From positions 726,524-790,523 of the forward strand of contig RHPI01000560.1 of NCBI GenBank assembly GCA_009103225.1: a DNA stretch of 64,000 nucleotides, given 5' to 3'. Position 1 is the stretch's first letter. The number at the start of each line of letters is the position of its first letter. The position numbers and the translations under genes were made by a program. Positions 11,487-25,738 of the stretch are shown one piece after another. Under the pieces are notes generated by a model that saw only the letters and a program-made list of their open reading frames with translations, was not told where the DNA came from and searched no databases. This stretch comes from Chlorokybus atmophyticus. Lineage: Eukaryota > Plantae > Mesostigma and Chlorokybus algae.

Positions 11487-13628
11487 TCACAACATATACT
11501 CCGCGTGCAGCTTGGCTGCAGCTCTATGCAGCAAACAATGCCGCTTGGCTAACACCTGAAAGAGAACTGCAATGAGAACAAAATTAGACATGGAACAGAA
11601 CTGCAGTCTCCACATTCAGCGTTGTACATGTACATACATCGACATTTGTGTGGTAACCGCCCCCAACATTGCCAGCCACGGGCACTCCAGCGTCCAAACA
11701 CAAGTCCAGTACCAACAACTCGCGTTGATACAGGCCATCATCCGAAAGGCACAACCTGCGGTCAGATGCATGTTTGTTGAAGCGCAGTTACGATGTCATC
11801 ATGCTGCATTATTGTACAGCAACAAACCGTACCTGCCCAAGACATCCTCAATGTGAGGATCAACCCCAGCGTCATAAAGGACAAGACTTGGGCGGAACGT
11901 TGACAGTATCTGCAGGCAACATGCAACAAACATCAACATCATTGTTAATTTACATCGGTCTGTTGAGACATGGTTATAGCAGGAACTTGGGTAACACTTA
12001 CAGATGGCAGATGTTCAGCAACTACGCGCAGATATTCTTCATCTCCCACCCCGTCGGAAAGCGCAATGTCCAAGTCACTTACCTGCGCACAGTTGAGTTG
12101 GTACAACTCTGCATACACTTCACCTGGTGCGCATGGCTGGAGTTGAACACTTCTAGCATCAGCATTGGATCCCTTTGGGTGGACGCTGGACCAGCTTTAA
12201 ACAAATCGACCTGGCCTTTTTAGTAGCTATCGTAAAGAAGCTATGTGTGTGGCCCTAGTTCCACACTGATAACAACCTGCCTTCCATGCAAGACAGCGTC
12301 GCATGGCACGGTTGGCTTTGTTACCTGCTTTTTGGCAGGAAAGTTGGACTCGCAGTGCACGCTCATGGTGAACACACGAGGCTCATTGGCTAGCAATGCT
12401 GCTGTGCCATCCCCCTGGACCACAGATGAATCAGCACACTGACGGCATCACAACTCACGTTGCATGCGGCATGAGCAGTCAAGGCTAGCACAGTGAGCTG
12501 GTTGTAAAGAAAAGTAAATAACCTGATGGACGTCAAGGTCCACAATGAGCACCCGCTCTACACGCCGTCTGTGCAACAGTGACAATGCTGTGACCTGCCA
12601 GTCACAACGACGTGTTCTGTGTGCGTGTATGGTGTTGCGCCTGCATGTGCATGCGCACGCCTGCATGTGTGCGCATGCACATGCAGCGAGGAGATGTCTT
12701 TTATTTGCAAGGGTGCAGCACAACGCAGCCCTTAACAAACAGTGTGCTCAACTTACCGCCAAATCATTAATGATGCAGAAACCGGAGCCGTAATCTCGGA
12801 AGGCATGATGTGTTCCTAATCAACAAGGGGGTTGACACTTGTTTAAAGGTGCAGCTGCCAGCGTTACCAACAATTGACTGCTTCTCACCTCCAGCCGTGT
12901 TGCAGGCCAGACCGCGTTCTATCGCAAGTTCAGCAGTCAACATGGTACCTGCAACCTTGAACCTGTCAAAGTAAGCTGCCAATTGGGCTCTGACTTCATG
13001 ATTCACTCTGCAACCTAGCTGTTTGACTATAAAAGTGTACACATTTCTTTTGTAACACCCACCTCAGCCAAAGTCCTTTCAACAAGTACTTCACTCCATG
13101 GCAGACCAATTCTACGCAAGGCAGCCTCACTCAGACTGCCCTTCATGAATTGCTCCAAGTATTGAGCGCAATGTGCCTGTTTGCAAGACATCAATTATAT
13201 GCCTGGAGCGCTGCACTTGAAAGTGTTGCAGTAGAGTTGGCAACTCTAGTCATCAACTTGACACGTACCAGCCGCAATTCTTCATTGGTGGGAAAGCTGT
13301 CAGGAACGTGCACCTGACTTGGGTGGATGATGTTCTCTGCCAGCAACGTCTCGTATATACGCTGAAACACCAGTATGGGAAAGCGATGACGCGCTGGGAA
13401 CTTCGGGGCGCTGTATGCTGCATGGTACACAATCGGCACACTGCGGTGGCTAGCTAATGTGGAGCAGCAGCTGCTGTTGCGGCTGAAGCTACTGTTAAAG
13501 CTAGTACTCGCACTTGATGGACAGGTTGCTTTGTGCTGCAACCATCCTGCATTGGCTACTACTAGCCTCCGGCCAGCATTGCGCACTAGCTGGAATCCAT
13601 TTGCAGCAGCAAGCAGCACGAATGCCAT
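11487..13628 (-). CDS. Class IV/bacterial-type histone deacetylase family protein with N-terminal extension, multi-exon
   Basis: Spliced product contains PIVYH..YS..HRFP, RIGLPWS, GGTHHAFRDYGSGFCIINDLAV, VLIVDLDVHQGDGT, LYDAGVDPH.D.LGRL and VGGGY; ends LHAEYML-stop at 11487. Confidence 0.9.
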
Positions 13629-15408
13629 CGTTGTATAATCTGAAAACGAGCAGATGGAAAAGAAGCATGTTAAGTGCTTGCCAAACAACGTAATTGCATG
13701 CATGCTGACTTGAATCCAATGAGCCACACCAGAGCAACGAGTATGTGCTGGACGGTGCGCACACCATGCCTCTGGACAGGCGGACACAACAAGACGACTG
13801 GTGCACTGTGCCTGCACACTCACGCGGCGAGTTTGCACTCGGCAGTTGCCAGGGCAACACCACCTGGCTGCTTTGCTTGATGCTGGCAAACCTCTCCTAG
13901 AAAAGACTCACAGATCTACCACAGCCCACACTTCAAATCCATACTGTATAGGCATGAAGTGCAACGGAGCCTTACTTACTGGCAAGCATCGCGGCAACAA
14001 ACAAGGGCAGCAAGCCATCACAAGGCTTTGCAGGCAAGGGAACCAACAGGGAACCAACATTGCCATCGCTGCTGACATCACCTCAAAGCAGCAGCAGCAG
14101 CAGCAGCAGCTCCACCAGTCAACTCAGTGCTGCTGGCTCAAGCACAGCCAGCCGGGCATCACGCGTCCCTCCGAAGCTATGCTGCGCTTGCCGGCATGCA
14201 AGCGAAACACAACAATACGATAGGAATGATAACATGCTGAAAACTCCGCCGCCGCCGTCGCCAGAGAGCTCAACAACAACGTCCAGAAGAAATACGTACA
14301 GCATCATTATCATGGCAGAGTTTCTGGTTGAGCAGAGCTTAGTGTAGTCCTTGTTGTGGGCGGTGTTGTTGGCGGTGTCGTTGGCGGCGATAATCAGCGC
14401 TGAGGAGTCTCTCTTGTCTTCTTGGCAGTGCTTCTCTTGCTGGGCGTCCTTGTCTGCTGTTTTGGTTGATTGGTCGACTGGACAAGCGGGAAAGAGGGGA
14501 AGTTGGTTCCTTCGCTTGGGGTGACTCCTTGCGTGCTGGCGATGGCTTGTGTGGACATCACATAAGGCAGGAGCAGACAGGTGCGTTATTGACAAGTTTA
14601 TTCTTAAGTTGATGGCAGTGCGTTAAGAACTTGATTGGTTGCATATGGCTTAGCGCATAACGTATGTCTGCTTATGTATTCCTTGCGGTGCGAGGCTCGC
14701 ACAATAACTTCAAGTAGTAGTATCATTTGCAATTTTTTATTTTACTCACCGCTTGCACGCAGCTCCGCGAGCGGTTCAGCCGCACACGTAGCCAACTTCT
14801 ATTTTGACGCCTTCGTGGGTTGCAAGTACTAGCTGAGCTTAAGCTACATGTGATGTGTTGCGCTCTGTTGTGTTTCAAGCTCACAGTCCATGTCAACACA
14901 TCAATAAGCGGATTGTGCTGGCAGTTCTACCCTTGTTACTGACTTTGTAACTTGCTCAACTTGACCAGGCGTTGGTTTCTGCTTGCAATTTACAGCTTGT
15001 ATGATCAAAGAGCACTTTATGTACGATTTGACCCTGTACGTCCAGTTGCCTTTTTGTAACGCACTCAAGGTTTGTTTGCTGACTCTGTGCACACGTAACT
15101 TGACACAAAGCACTGCACAATGCTTATCAGAGCGACAACATGTAACCAGCATACAGTTGTGCATGCATATTTAATCAGTTCATTCAGCTCCTACATGTTT
15201 TGTGTTGATTGGCTCAGTGAAGAAGTAGCCATAGTTGTGAATGCGTGGGTATTGCTAGCTTCTGTAGACTACCATTCACTATGCTCTAACAAGGGTTTGT
15301 GGACTGCAGTTCAACCCGCTGACGTCGTTCGCAATATCTGCATACAGTTGGACAGAGATCTTTTGCTCGGCGTAGGTTGAAGCCTGTTGCCACCCCAAGA
15401 ACAGCACA

Positions 15409-18400
15409 ATGTTCTTCTCTGGTGATCCGGCTGCCAGTCGGCGCAAGGTAGACTTGCGTGGGAAAAGCAAGGAACAAGACCGAGCTGCCATTGTGGAGGC
15501 AGCCAGGCTTGAGCGAGAGCGAAGATCGCGGCTCAGGCAAGAAACTAAAGCTGCTACACTTATACAGGTAAACTGCATCATCATATACATGTGTATATAT
15601 ATATATATACACGTTGCTACTTGTATGTCACAAGCTGCTGACATACAAGCGGCTCATTTCTCTCTTGCAAGAAGTTGGTGTGGTGCATTGCTTTTGATAG
15701 CATTAATCCAGCGATAGCATTAACCCAGTGCAACATGCAGTCTTTCTACCGCGGGCGCTCTGAAGTAGCAAGCTTGAGGTCGCAAGCGCGCAATCAATGG
15801 CAAGCCACGTATGGGGCATTGGGCGAGAGAGCTGACAGGTATGTGCCACTGCCAGTGTTATGCCTGAAACTTGACATTGTGCGCAGAGTTGAGACTACTG
15901 TCGCATGTGTGTCACTGGTTGATTGACGTTGTTGTTGACTGCCTGTCTGCTGCAGCAATGCGCTTGCATTGCAATCCCCGTACTTGCCGCTTCTTCTGTT
16001 CTTCATGAGGGATGACAATGAAGATGATGTACAGCGGCTGGCAGCATGCTGCCGTTTGCTGTTGTCCTGCAGTGGTTCAGGTAGTATGTCATTCAACTCA
16101 TACGTATTCACATCACATGTTGTACCTTCCCCCGTAGAGCAGGTTGGCTTTGACCATGTTGTAGAGTAGCTCTCGTTCTGATTGTGGTTGCACTACAGAT
16201 GCGGTTACCGCCATCTGCGCTCCCAACAGCCCAGAAATGAATCGGCAGACAGCTGCTTTCCGGTTGCGGTTGCTGGCGCAGAGATGTCTCTCTGCTTTGC
16301 AGCACAACAGGTTAGCCGTTTTTGCCAACCCAGCTCTGGTCCCAATATAGGGCCTCACATTATGGCCATCTCGATTGCTCTCTGTTTGTGCTAACGTGAG
16401 GAGAGAAGATTTTGCTGCGTGCTGAGCATTGTATGATTGTAGGCTTGCCTTGCGAGAGCAGTTGGCTGCACCGTTGCCAGCAACTGCAGACTGGTCCACA
16501 GTTCAGAACATCGCGGTTGCCTTGTTGGGCGGTCTGCTGGCTGCGACAACATCAAGTGTCGGAAGCGGGGTCCTCAGTCATGTACTCCGTCGGTCTGCGC
16601 TCTTCACCACAATGAAAGCCTTGCTCCTTGTCACTAGCCAGGTATGCTTGGAATTTGATCGGATAATACGGCTTTCCGTCTTGCGCAATTACTAAGCAGT
16701 ATTGTTGACTGCGTATTGCAGGTTAAACGGCCCAATATTGTGCCGGCTGTGGAGACAGTTGCACTCGCGCTGACGAACCAGTACATCGTCGCTGTGCAAG
16801 CGGAACAGGGGCGCGCATATACACCCGCTAGCAGTCTCTCACTGTGCTTTTCAACGCAGTTATTGACAGTGCCTACCCTCTGGAACTTCACCACTTTCAA
16901 GGTTTGTGTTTGTTGTCACTTGTCTGGTGCAGGGTATTGTAGGTTGTCACCATGTATATGTGCACCAAACAGGCAGCTGGACCTGCTTTGTGGAGTTTTG
17001 CTGTGCGCTCTCTGGCTCAAGGGCTGCCTTCTCTCGCATCCGCGCTGCCTTCGCAAGGGCCTCAGCCAGCTGGCGCTGTCCTGTTGGGCAACCTGCTGGA
17101 GATGGGTACCACTGTGCTGGGAGGTCCCGCCGCAGACCTCCAAAGCGCAATGGACTTTGCTGCCGTTGTTCGAAGCCTGTTGCCGCTGCTCCCTCTCACT
17201 GCGTTCGGCATGCCAGCTGCCGCAATAGATGATGAGGACTCGTCGGCCACAAGCGCCTTCGGGTCACTGCCTCCACCTTTGGATCCTGCTGTTGTGCAAC
17301 AGCTGGAGCTGATGGTGGACCGCGCTTTGCCAGCCAAGCGCATTTTGCTCAGATCACTCGTAAGTCAACATCTAGGTTGCATGTCTCTAGATTCAGATCA
17401 TGTTGCGTTGACACAGCGGTTTTCAGGTGGAGCTGATTCTGCGACCGGGTTACACTGTTGTTGTGCAAGCGGTGCTGCAGTTGTGCGCGCTGCTGCATTC
17501 CATGTTGTCAGTCTCGGCGTTGGCAAATGTGCGCAGACGCATCCTCAGCACTCTGGCATACACAGCAAACCTTGTCCCCCTCCTGTGGCACTTTATGAAG
17601 GAGTGCCACCTTTCCCAGTCGTGGTTCGTGTTGGAAGACCACGACAACCGCTCGCACCTTGTCAGCGAACCCGGCTGGCTTCTCCCCTTGGCAGTATTCT
17701 GCCCTGTGTATAGCTACATGCTTGTTACAACAGACGATGACGACTTCTATGAGAAGCAAAGACAGCTCACGCTCTCAGATGTGGCCACGCTTGTCGCATT
17801 GCTTAAGCAAGCAGCGTGGCAGTTGCTGTGGAAGGACACTGCTGTTCCATCTCCTGCAGCTCAGGTGCATAGCGCGGACACAACGTGTTGACACAACATT
17901 ATTCCAAGAGCTTTTGGACAGAACAACGAGGATAGGCTTGCAAGCATGTGTATCTGCTCTGTGGCTATCTCGTACTGACCTTTTCAATGTGCTGCAGAGT
18001 TTGAGAGATGCTGTGCGGAGCAGCGTCACGAAGTTGATGGGTCAGCTGCACGACTACAACAGCACAAGACCATTTGTAGCGCTGGAAGCATTTCACGCTT
18101 CGGACATCAACTTTGAGCGCTTCAGAGCAGAGACTCTGGACGACCGCAGCCGCATGGTCCTCCGCGAAGCCCCGTACCTCATACCCTTCCATGAGCGCGT
18201 GCTTGTGTACCAAGGATGGGTCCAACACGATCGCGAGGAGAACAGAGGAGGACCAACCACAGTGTTTGGGTTGCCTGTTGCCCAGGTGATGTAAATGTGG
18301 TCACGTATATATGACTGACTCCAGAGCGTACTTATGTTGTTGAATAAAAGCAAGCAGGCATTGTACCATGGCTGAGTAATTATGGTATGCTAACGCATGT

Positions 18401-19798
18401 GCATGCAGGCGGTGTCAATACGGCGCAACTTTATTGTTGAAGATGGGTTCACGCAGCTGAACAACCTAGGCGACAGGCTTAAGGCGCCCGTGCGTGTGCG
18501 CTTCATCAATGAACTTGGTGCTGAGGAGGCTGGCGTGGACGGTGGCGGGTTGTTCAAAGACTTTCTGGAAGGATTGACAAAGACAGGGTTTGACCCGCAA
18601 TACGGCCTGTTCAAAGCCACGAGCGATCAGCTGCTGTACCCAAACCCCTCATCCCATCTTGTCATGCGCGAGCACCTGCGTTACTTTGAGTTTCTTGGGC
18701 GTGTATTGGGCAAGGCATTGTATGAAGGCATTCTCGTGGAGCTGCGCTTCGCGCCATTCTTCCTCTCAAAGCTAAGGAAGGGTTACAACTACCTGAATGA
18801 CTTACCTTCCCTTGATCCCGAGCTTTACCGGAGTCTGATGTTCCTGAAGCACTACAAAGGTGATGTGTCGGAGCTGTCGCTGTACTTCACGGTTGATAAC
18901 AACGAGTTTGGAGAACATGCTGAGACTGAGCTCGTACCGAATGGGCGCGATGTACTTGTGACAAATGAGAACAAGCTGCACTACATTCATAAGGTGGCCG
19001 ATCACCGGCTGAACATTCAGGTCAGAAGTTGTTGCCACTTGTGGTATGGTGTGCAATTGGTGGTATCATGGCTCTTGCAGTTGATGACAGCTGTGAGTTG
19101 AGCAGATAAGGCAACAAAGCGCTGCTTTTCTGAAAGGCTTTCAAGATCTAATAAAGCCGGAGTGGATTGCTCTGTTTGGAGAGGATGAGCTCCAAGTGAG
19201 TTGAGCACATACAGTACATCAGCAACACATTCAAACCCTGCATGGCTGATATGATGAAGCTTGTCACTTTGCATAGTCTCTTATGCTCTTTATTGCAGAT
19301 GTTGATATCTGGTTCGGAGTCACGGGTTGACATTGAGGATCTGAAGGCCTATGTCAACTACTCTGGAGGCTACCACAAGGACCACTCGGTCATAAGACAC
19401 TTCTGGGACGTCTTTGCCAGCTTCACATCCGAGCAACAGCGACAGGTCAGTGGAAACACCCTGATTCATTGTATTATTCCAAGCTTCTTACGCATCGTGC
19501 AGGTAAGGAGCGGGGTATTGGCCTTTGAGACACACACATGTGACACATGTGGTTGCGTTTGCAGGTTCTGAAGTTTGTCACTGCTTGCTCAAGGCCTCCT
19601 CTGTTAGGCTTCAAGTATCTTGAACCGCAATTCTGCATACACCGTGCCGGTACAGAAGACTCCTCAGATAGAGAGCGGTTGCCAACATCCGCCACGTGCA
19701 TGAACCTGCTCAAGCTGCCTCCATACAAGAAAAAGGACACGCTTCGGCAGAAGCTGCTGTATGCTATTAATGCTGGTGCAGGCTTTGACCTCAGTTAG
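15409..19798 (+). CDS. UPL6: HECT E3 ubiquitin ligase with N-terminal IQ motif (UBE3C/UPL6 type), multi-exon
   Basis: N-terminus MFFSGDP...VDLRG, ATLIQ; [10 protein letters not shown]; [13 protein letters not shown]; [16 protein letters not shown]; ends AGFDLS-stop. Confidence 0.95.
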
Positions 19799-20636
19799 CT
19801 TCAGGAGTTGACCTCAGTTAGCTTCAGATGGTGCTTCACATAGGTTGTTGATAATGTTGATAATTCAGGCCGATGGTTTAGTGCATGCTCAAGTTGTTGG
19901 CACATAGGTTGCAATGTGCCTTGCACACCGCTTTTCGTGTTCAGTAGGCTACATGTCCATTGGTGCTCATGCCACCATGATTCAACCTGCATAGCTGAGT
20001 ATCATGAGTTCGACCACAATTTGACAATACAAACAGCTGAGCAATGTGATAGGACGCTTTTGATACACCATCCGCAAATACAGTTGCATGCGCAATAACC
20101 TGTTGCAGGCTGCATTTGTTTTGGAGGGCTCAAGCTGGCCATTCTATTCTTGTCGCTCTGCTGCTTGTCTGTAAGAGTGCGGACAGTCGTGTGCCCGCTG
20201 GCCTTGCCACCCAGTCTGCTAACTGGACATTGCATCAGTTCCAAGCAATGGTGTGTTGTGAGACTGTGCCCTTTCGCATGGAATGACACAGATCTCCTGT
20301 GCAACACACATTGCAAACATGGTACAGCGGAGCGCTACAGAATCAAGGTACTTGCATTGTGTACACTTCATATACAAATACTACGGACGCGTGCAATGTA
20401 GCCAAGGTGATCACCAGGTATAGCTAGATGGACCGGATCCGTGCACTCCGCCAAAATAACCCTATCAACGAAGCCTACAAATGTCTGAGGCAGCTTGGCA
20501 CATCCTGCAAAGATTGCGCACACGCGCACGAGGATGTAGAGTTCACCATGCCTCCTTGACCGGCAGCAACGAGACCTTTGTGATGAGCTCCTCCCATTGT
20601 CCCTTCATGATGATAATCATGATGCACAGCACTCCT

Positions 20637-21366
20637 TCAACTAGCCCAGCACTCCGGCCCTGACCTCAGCATCACATGACGTGGCCCAGTTTTCTGCATA
20701 AGCTGCTGTTGTTTGTTTCATGCTTGAGCACCACCCTCCTGCTGCCTCACCTCCTCCTGCTGTTGCAGCCATATTTCACTCAACAGTGTTTTTATTGAGA
20801 TCACAAGACTGGACAGGACAAAACAATTCATCGCAAGCAGTAGACCCAGCGGCAGACCACAGCACAGTACAGCTTGACACAGCAAACACACGTACTGGTG
20901 CTGGAGGAGGTGTTGAAGACAGAGGAGACCGTGAGGGCAGTGTGGGCAAAGCGGTGCGGAACTCCCTGTTACAATCGGTGTATGCCGAGCCGATGCCCGT
21001 GCCGGCGCCAAACGCCAGCACAGCTGCCCGAGTGGAGGCTCGCCCTGCGTGAGTGTGCGTGAGTGTGTGCTAGTGTGTGAGCTTGGCTTACTTTTATGGA
21101 CTGCAATCCGGCATGCAAGAGCAGTGACAAACCTATGCTTGAACATGGATCAAGCACAAGTGGAGTACACCAATGCAAGTGGAATGGAATGATGGTGTGA
21201 CTGATAGCACATAGGGTTGTTGATGGTTGACTGATGGGCCCAGCAGCTGTTGCTTACTGAAAAGCAGGAGAGCGGCGAGGCCACCCGCGAGGCTGCCGTA
21301 GACGGTGCGGCGCAGCGTCAGGTCGATGCACTTATCCCACTGCTCGTCAACGGCATTGGCGGCCAT
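20637..21366 (-). CDS. MIC10: MICOS subunit MIC10-like protein (last exon uncertain)
   Basis: MAANAVDEQWDKCIDLTLRRTVYGSLAGGLAALLLF spliced to RRASTRAAVLAFGAGTGIGSAYTDC; glycine-rich hairpin TM motifs. Confidence 0.85.
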
Positions 21367-21428
21367 GACGCCGCCGCCCACAGCCACACCACCAACGCTA
21401 CCTACCATGTCAATGACAACCAAAGCCG

Positions 21429-21436
21429 AACCCTAG
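21429..21436. promoter_or_regulatory. Telobox-like motif upstream of MIC10
   Basis: AACCCTAG about 60 bp upstream of the ATG. Confidence 0.45.
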
Positions 21437-22701
21437 CCGTATGCGGTGTCTCGTTTGTCTTTGTATCTAATGAGCCGTTTTCTCGCTTGCCCACATCATT
21501 TCACGACGCGCCAGATAACATGCAATGAGTTATGCCAGTAAGTTGCAAATGCTTACCTGGTAGATGCCTCCACTCCGTTGCAAGAGTGCAGCACACACTC
21601 AGTTGCAGTCACAACCATATTGCATAAGGTATGCATTGTAGTCATTCTAAATCTAACACACACGTGCTCATGCGCAAGCCAGCATACAAGCACAAGCTAA
21701 CATGCAACACCAACAGCAATACATTATTACACCCGGGGCCGTCACCATTTATCCTACACCACACTAAGTGCCTTATGTGCGATGCAATGCAAGTGGCGAG
21801 CAGCAGGAGGAGACATCAGCCAACCAACGACTTAATCAACCTGTAGATCTCAGGCCACAAACGAGCATCAGTCCTTGTTAAGTGGGCGAGCCGAAGAACA
21901 TGAGAGGCAAGGCAAGCGCAGGCAAGAGATGTGCGATAATGTGCTGTGCGCTATGGTTTGCCGCCCCCACTTGTCAACACGCCCCAAGAACCGTGTGGTG
22001 CCTGGCGGCCAGCGCCGTCATACATGCCTAGGGTATAGTAACGCATAATCATGCCATGATTGTCATCCATCATACTATACGCGTACTTACATAACAAAGG
22101 TAGCACATCAGCATGTGATGAGAAGAGCAACAATCACAATACAAGCTTTCAACTTAACATTACCAGACAAGCATGATTTTAGCTAAGGCGAGCAGCAGGC
22201 ACAATGTGCAATCAGATAAAAACAAGTGGTCAATTTGAAGTTCACATGGTCATTCACAGCTGCTAGCGCAGTAGTTAGGTTTGAATAAGAGTAGGGTAGG
22301 GTAACAAGCACAACGTGTGGTAGCATGCACTGATGTACAACGCTGCCCAAAGCTTGTAAGCCCTAAACTTAACCCCACCCCACCCCCCCACCCCCCGCCC
22401 CCCGCCGGCCAAATGTCACCTATCTGTAGGCTTTGCAATTAATCACCATACCTGCGGTGTTATTGATGTTACGTCAAATATATGAAGAATTTATGATATT
22501 AATACTATTTGCATGTTGGTAATAACTAATATTGATTGCAATTTTCACATGTGTACGAAGCCGGGTTGCCATGTTGTTTGTGACTTGTGTACATATGTAT
22601 GTATGTCACATATATACACATGCCCTGTTGGCAACTTCCTCATTGTGGCGCTCTGAGTGTAGGTGAGCCCCTGGTCCTACATATTGACGCTGTTGGTGCT
22701 A

Positions 22702-23498
22702 CAGTCTACTCGCGTTTGTGTCACGCCCTTTAACGAAACAATCGCGTTATAAGAACCATTTATTGAAAATGAGTTATACATGAGGGAAGTTCATTATAGG
22801 AATAGTCACATTCGTTATATGAGCCAGCAATAGATGTAAGGAGGTTCTTATAACGCATAAGGTCAATGCGTTCCATTGGGTCGTCTATGATTAGGCGTAT
22901 ATGCTCATATATGTTATCATCATGTTGATATAATGATATATGGTTAATGCCATATAAGAACCGCCACACAGCATGTGCCCTGGCAATGTTCTTGTAACAA
23001 GAGAAGAACACTGCATTATAGTAACCAATATCACGGAGGCAAGTGTGGTTCTTGTAGCGAGCTTGGACTATATTGGATGTGGGGGGGCCAGCACATTCGT
23101 TGTGCTTGCTTTGTCGTTGCTGCTATTGCCTGCTGCTGCTTGCTGCTAAATTGTACTACGTTGTAATTGATACAGTGGGTTGTATTGTGTAACGGGAAGG
23201 TACATTACACTACCACAAATCGACCATAAAAGCATCAAGTCTTTTGTGGTCGAGTGGGCTGTGACAGTGTATTGCCGTTGCCGTTGCCTTGTTGGAGTTA
23301 CTATACTGTTATTGCTTGTACATGCAGCATTGGCATGGTACACAACAGATGGATTGGGGCCAATCAGCCAAGGCATATCGCATCAGCAATTATGTGCTGA
23401 ATTGTGCCGTGTTTACTCACTTTGTTGGCCCATGTGTTTTACCCTATATTGTCAAAAACTCCACAATTGATATATTGTTAACATGCGCAAAGGGACTG
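22702..23498. mobile_element. Candidate old non-autonomous Tc1/mariner-type element
   Basis: TA|CAGTC at 22700-22706 and GACTG|TA at 23494-23500. Internal perfect 14-bp inverted pair GCGTTATAAGAACC (22744-22757 / 22843-22856). More AT-rich than flanks. Only 5 bp of perfect TIR. Confidence 0.3.
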
Positions 23499-24217
23499 TA
23501 AGCTACAGAGGTGACTGTTGTCACAAAACAACTACCATCTACAACAAGGCGTAGGTGCACAAGTTCCGTGTGTTTTACCCTATACCACCGCAGCACAGCT
23601 ATCACACGTTCGCACTTTTCCCTTCATCTCTTCATGCACACCTCACACCACGCATTTCCAATTGCCATCGTTGTCGACCATATGCCACGTATGCCACATT
23701 CCCTCATTGCATACTTTGTATGCCTGACAACCTACCAGACACAAAGACATATAACATGCATAGGCATCAGAGGCTACTTGATACTAAAGTCTGCATTGAA
23801 AACCAATCTGACAATCCATACAAGATGCGAGAGACAAGCGCGTGCATTTGCAACAACCAGCAGGTCATGCACAGCATACTCACTCACTTACCAGCGAAGC
23901 CACTCCGTGCTAGGAAAGGAGAGCACCCGCGTATTCGATGATTATGCAAGACACAAGCTTTGTTCTTGGCGATCATGCAATGACTACAATGGCTATGACT
24001 TGCCAATAGGCAAGACTACTGGCTCTAGCTAGCTGACGCCGGCACGATCCCAGTGACTGGTATCTACAACAAGGACACCAGCTAACATGCTCACTCACAA
24101 CATACATATTGCCAATACACCCAATGCTGGTGCATACTACCCAATCCTAATCAACAACATTTGACCTAGGCAAAATCTATTGTCTCATGACTGCGAGGTG
24201 CAGGCACAGTGGAAAAC

Positions 24218-25301
<1,084 letters not shown>

Positions 25302-25730
25302 GTTCAGTCTCTACACAGTACAGCTGTCCATGCACACTGCCAACAGCATGCCGCTTTAGTCAACTGGCCATGCACACTGCCAAGTAAGCATGCATGCAGG
25401 CATGCAAGAAGCAATTCTCACAACCATTTATGCTACAAAAGTACCATGAAAGCAAAGATAATTCCTGCAAGCAACCGGGTCCGGATTGCCACAGCAGCCG
25501 CCAAGCGCTTCACAATGGCCCAGTTTCAGCTGCAAAAGTTGGAAACTCCTGCCGCCCACGGTACTCCTCCGACCTCCGCAAATAAGAATGTAAGACGCTG
25601 TGCTGGAACGCGCAAGTAGACCCTCTCTACAACCGCAAGTGCCCTCCGCAAACCCTTGGCAGAGCTCTATGCCGCTGCCACCGCCGCCGCCAACAACAAT
25701 GCTGCCGTTATCGCCGCCACCTCTGTATGC

Positions 25731-25738
25731 AACCCTAA
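25731..25738. promoter_or_regulatory. Telobox near the likely ferredoxin transcription start (5'UTR intron inferred)
   Basis: AACCCTAA next to GCC-rich sequence. A tag acceptor lies 9 nt before the ATG at 25301. Confidence 0.45.

Noticed and set aside
14060-14595. ORFs between the HDAC and UPL6 genes
   Set aside because: Low-complexity, no homology signal or consistent splice model; probably UTR or promoter.
19785-19827. 20-bp direct repeat duplicating the UPL6 stop region
   Set aside because: Real, but most simply a local slippage duplication; it leaves the protein unchanged.
21551-21565. U1 snRNA 5' end (CTTACCTGG)
   Set aside because: Only the reverse complement of a splice donor; no U1 stem-loops or Sm site follow.
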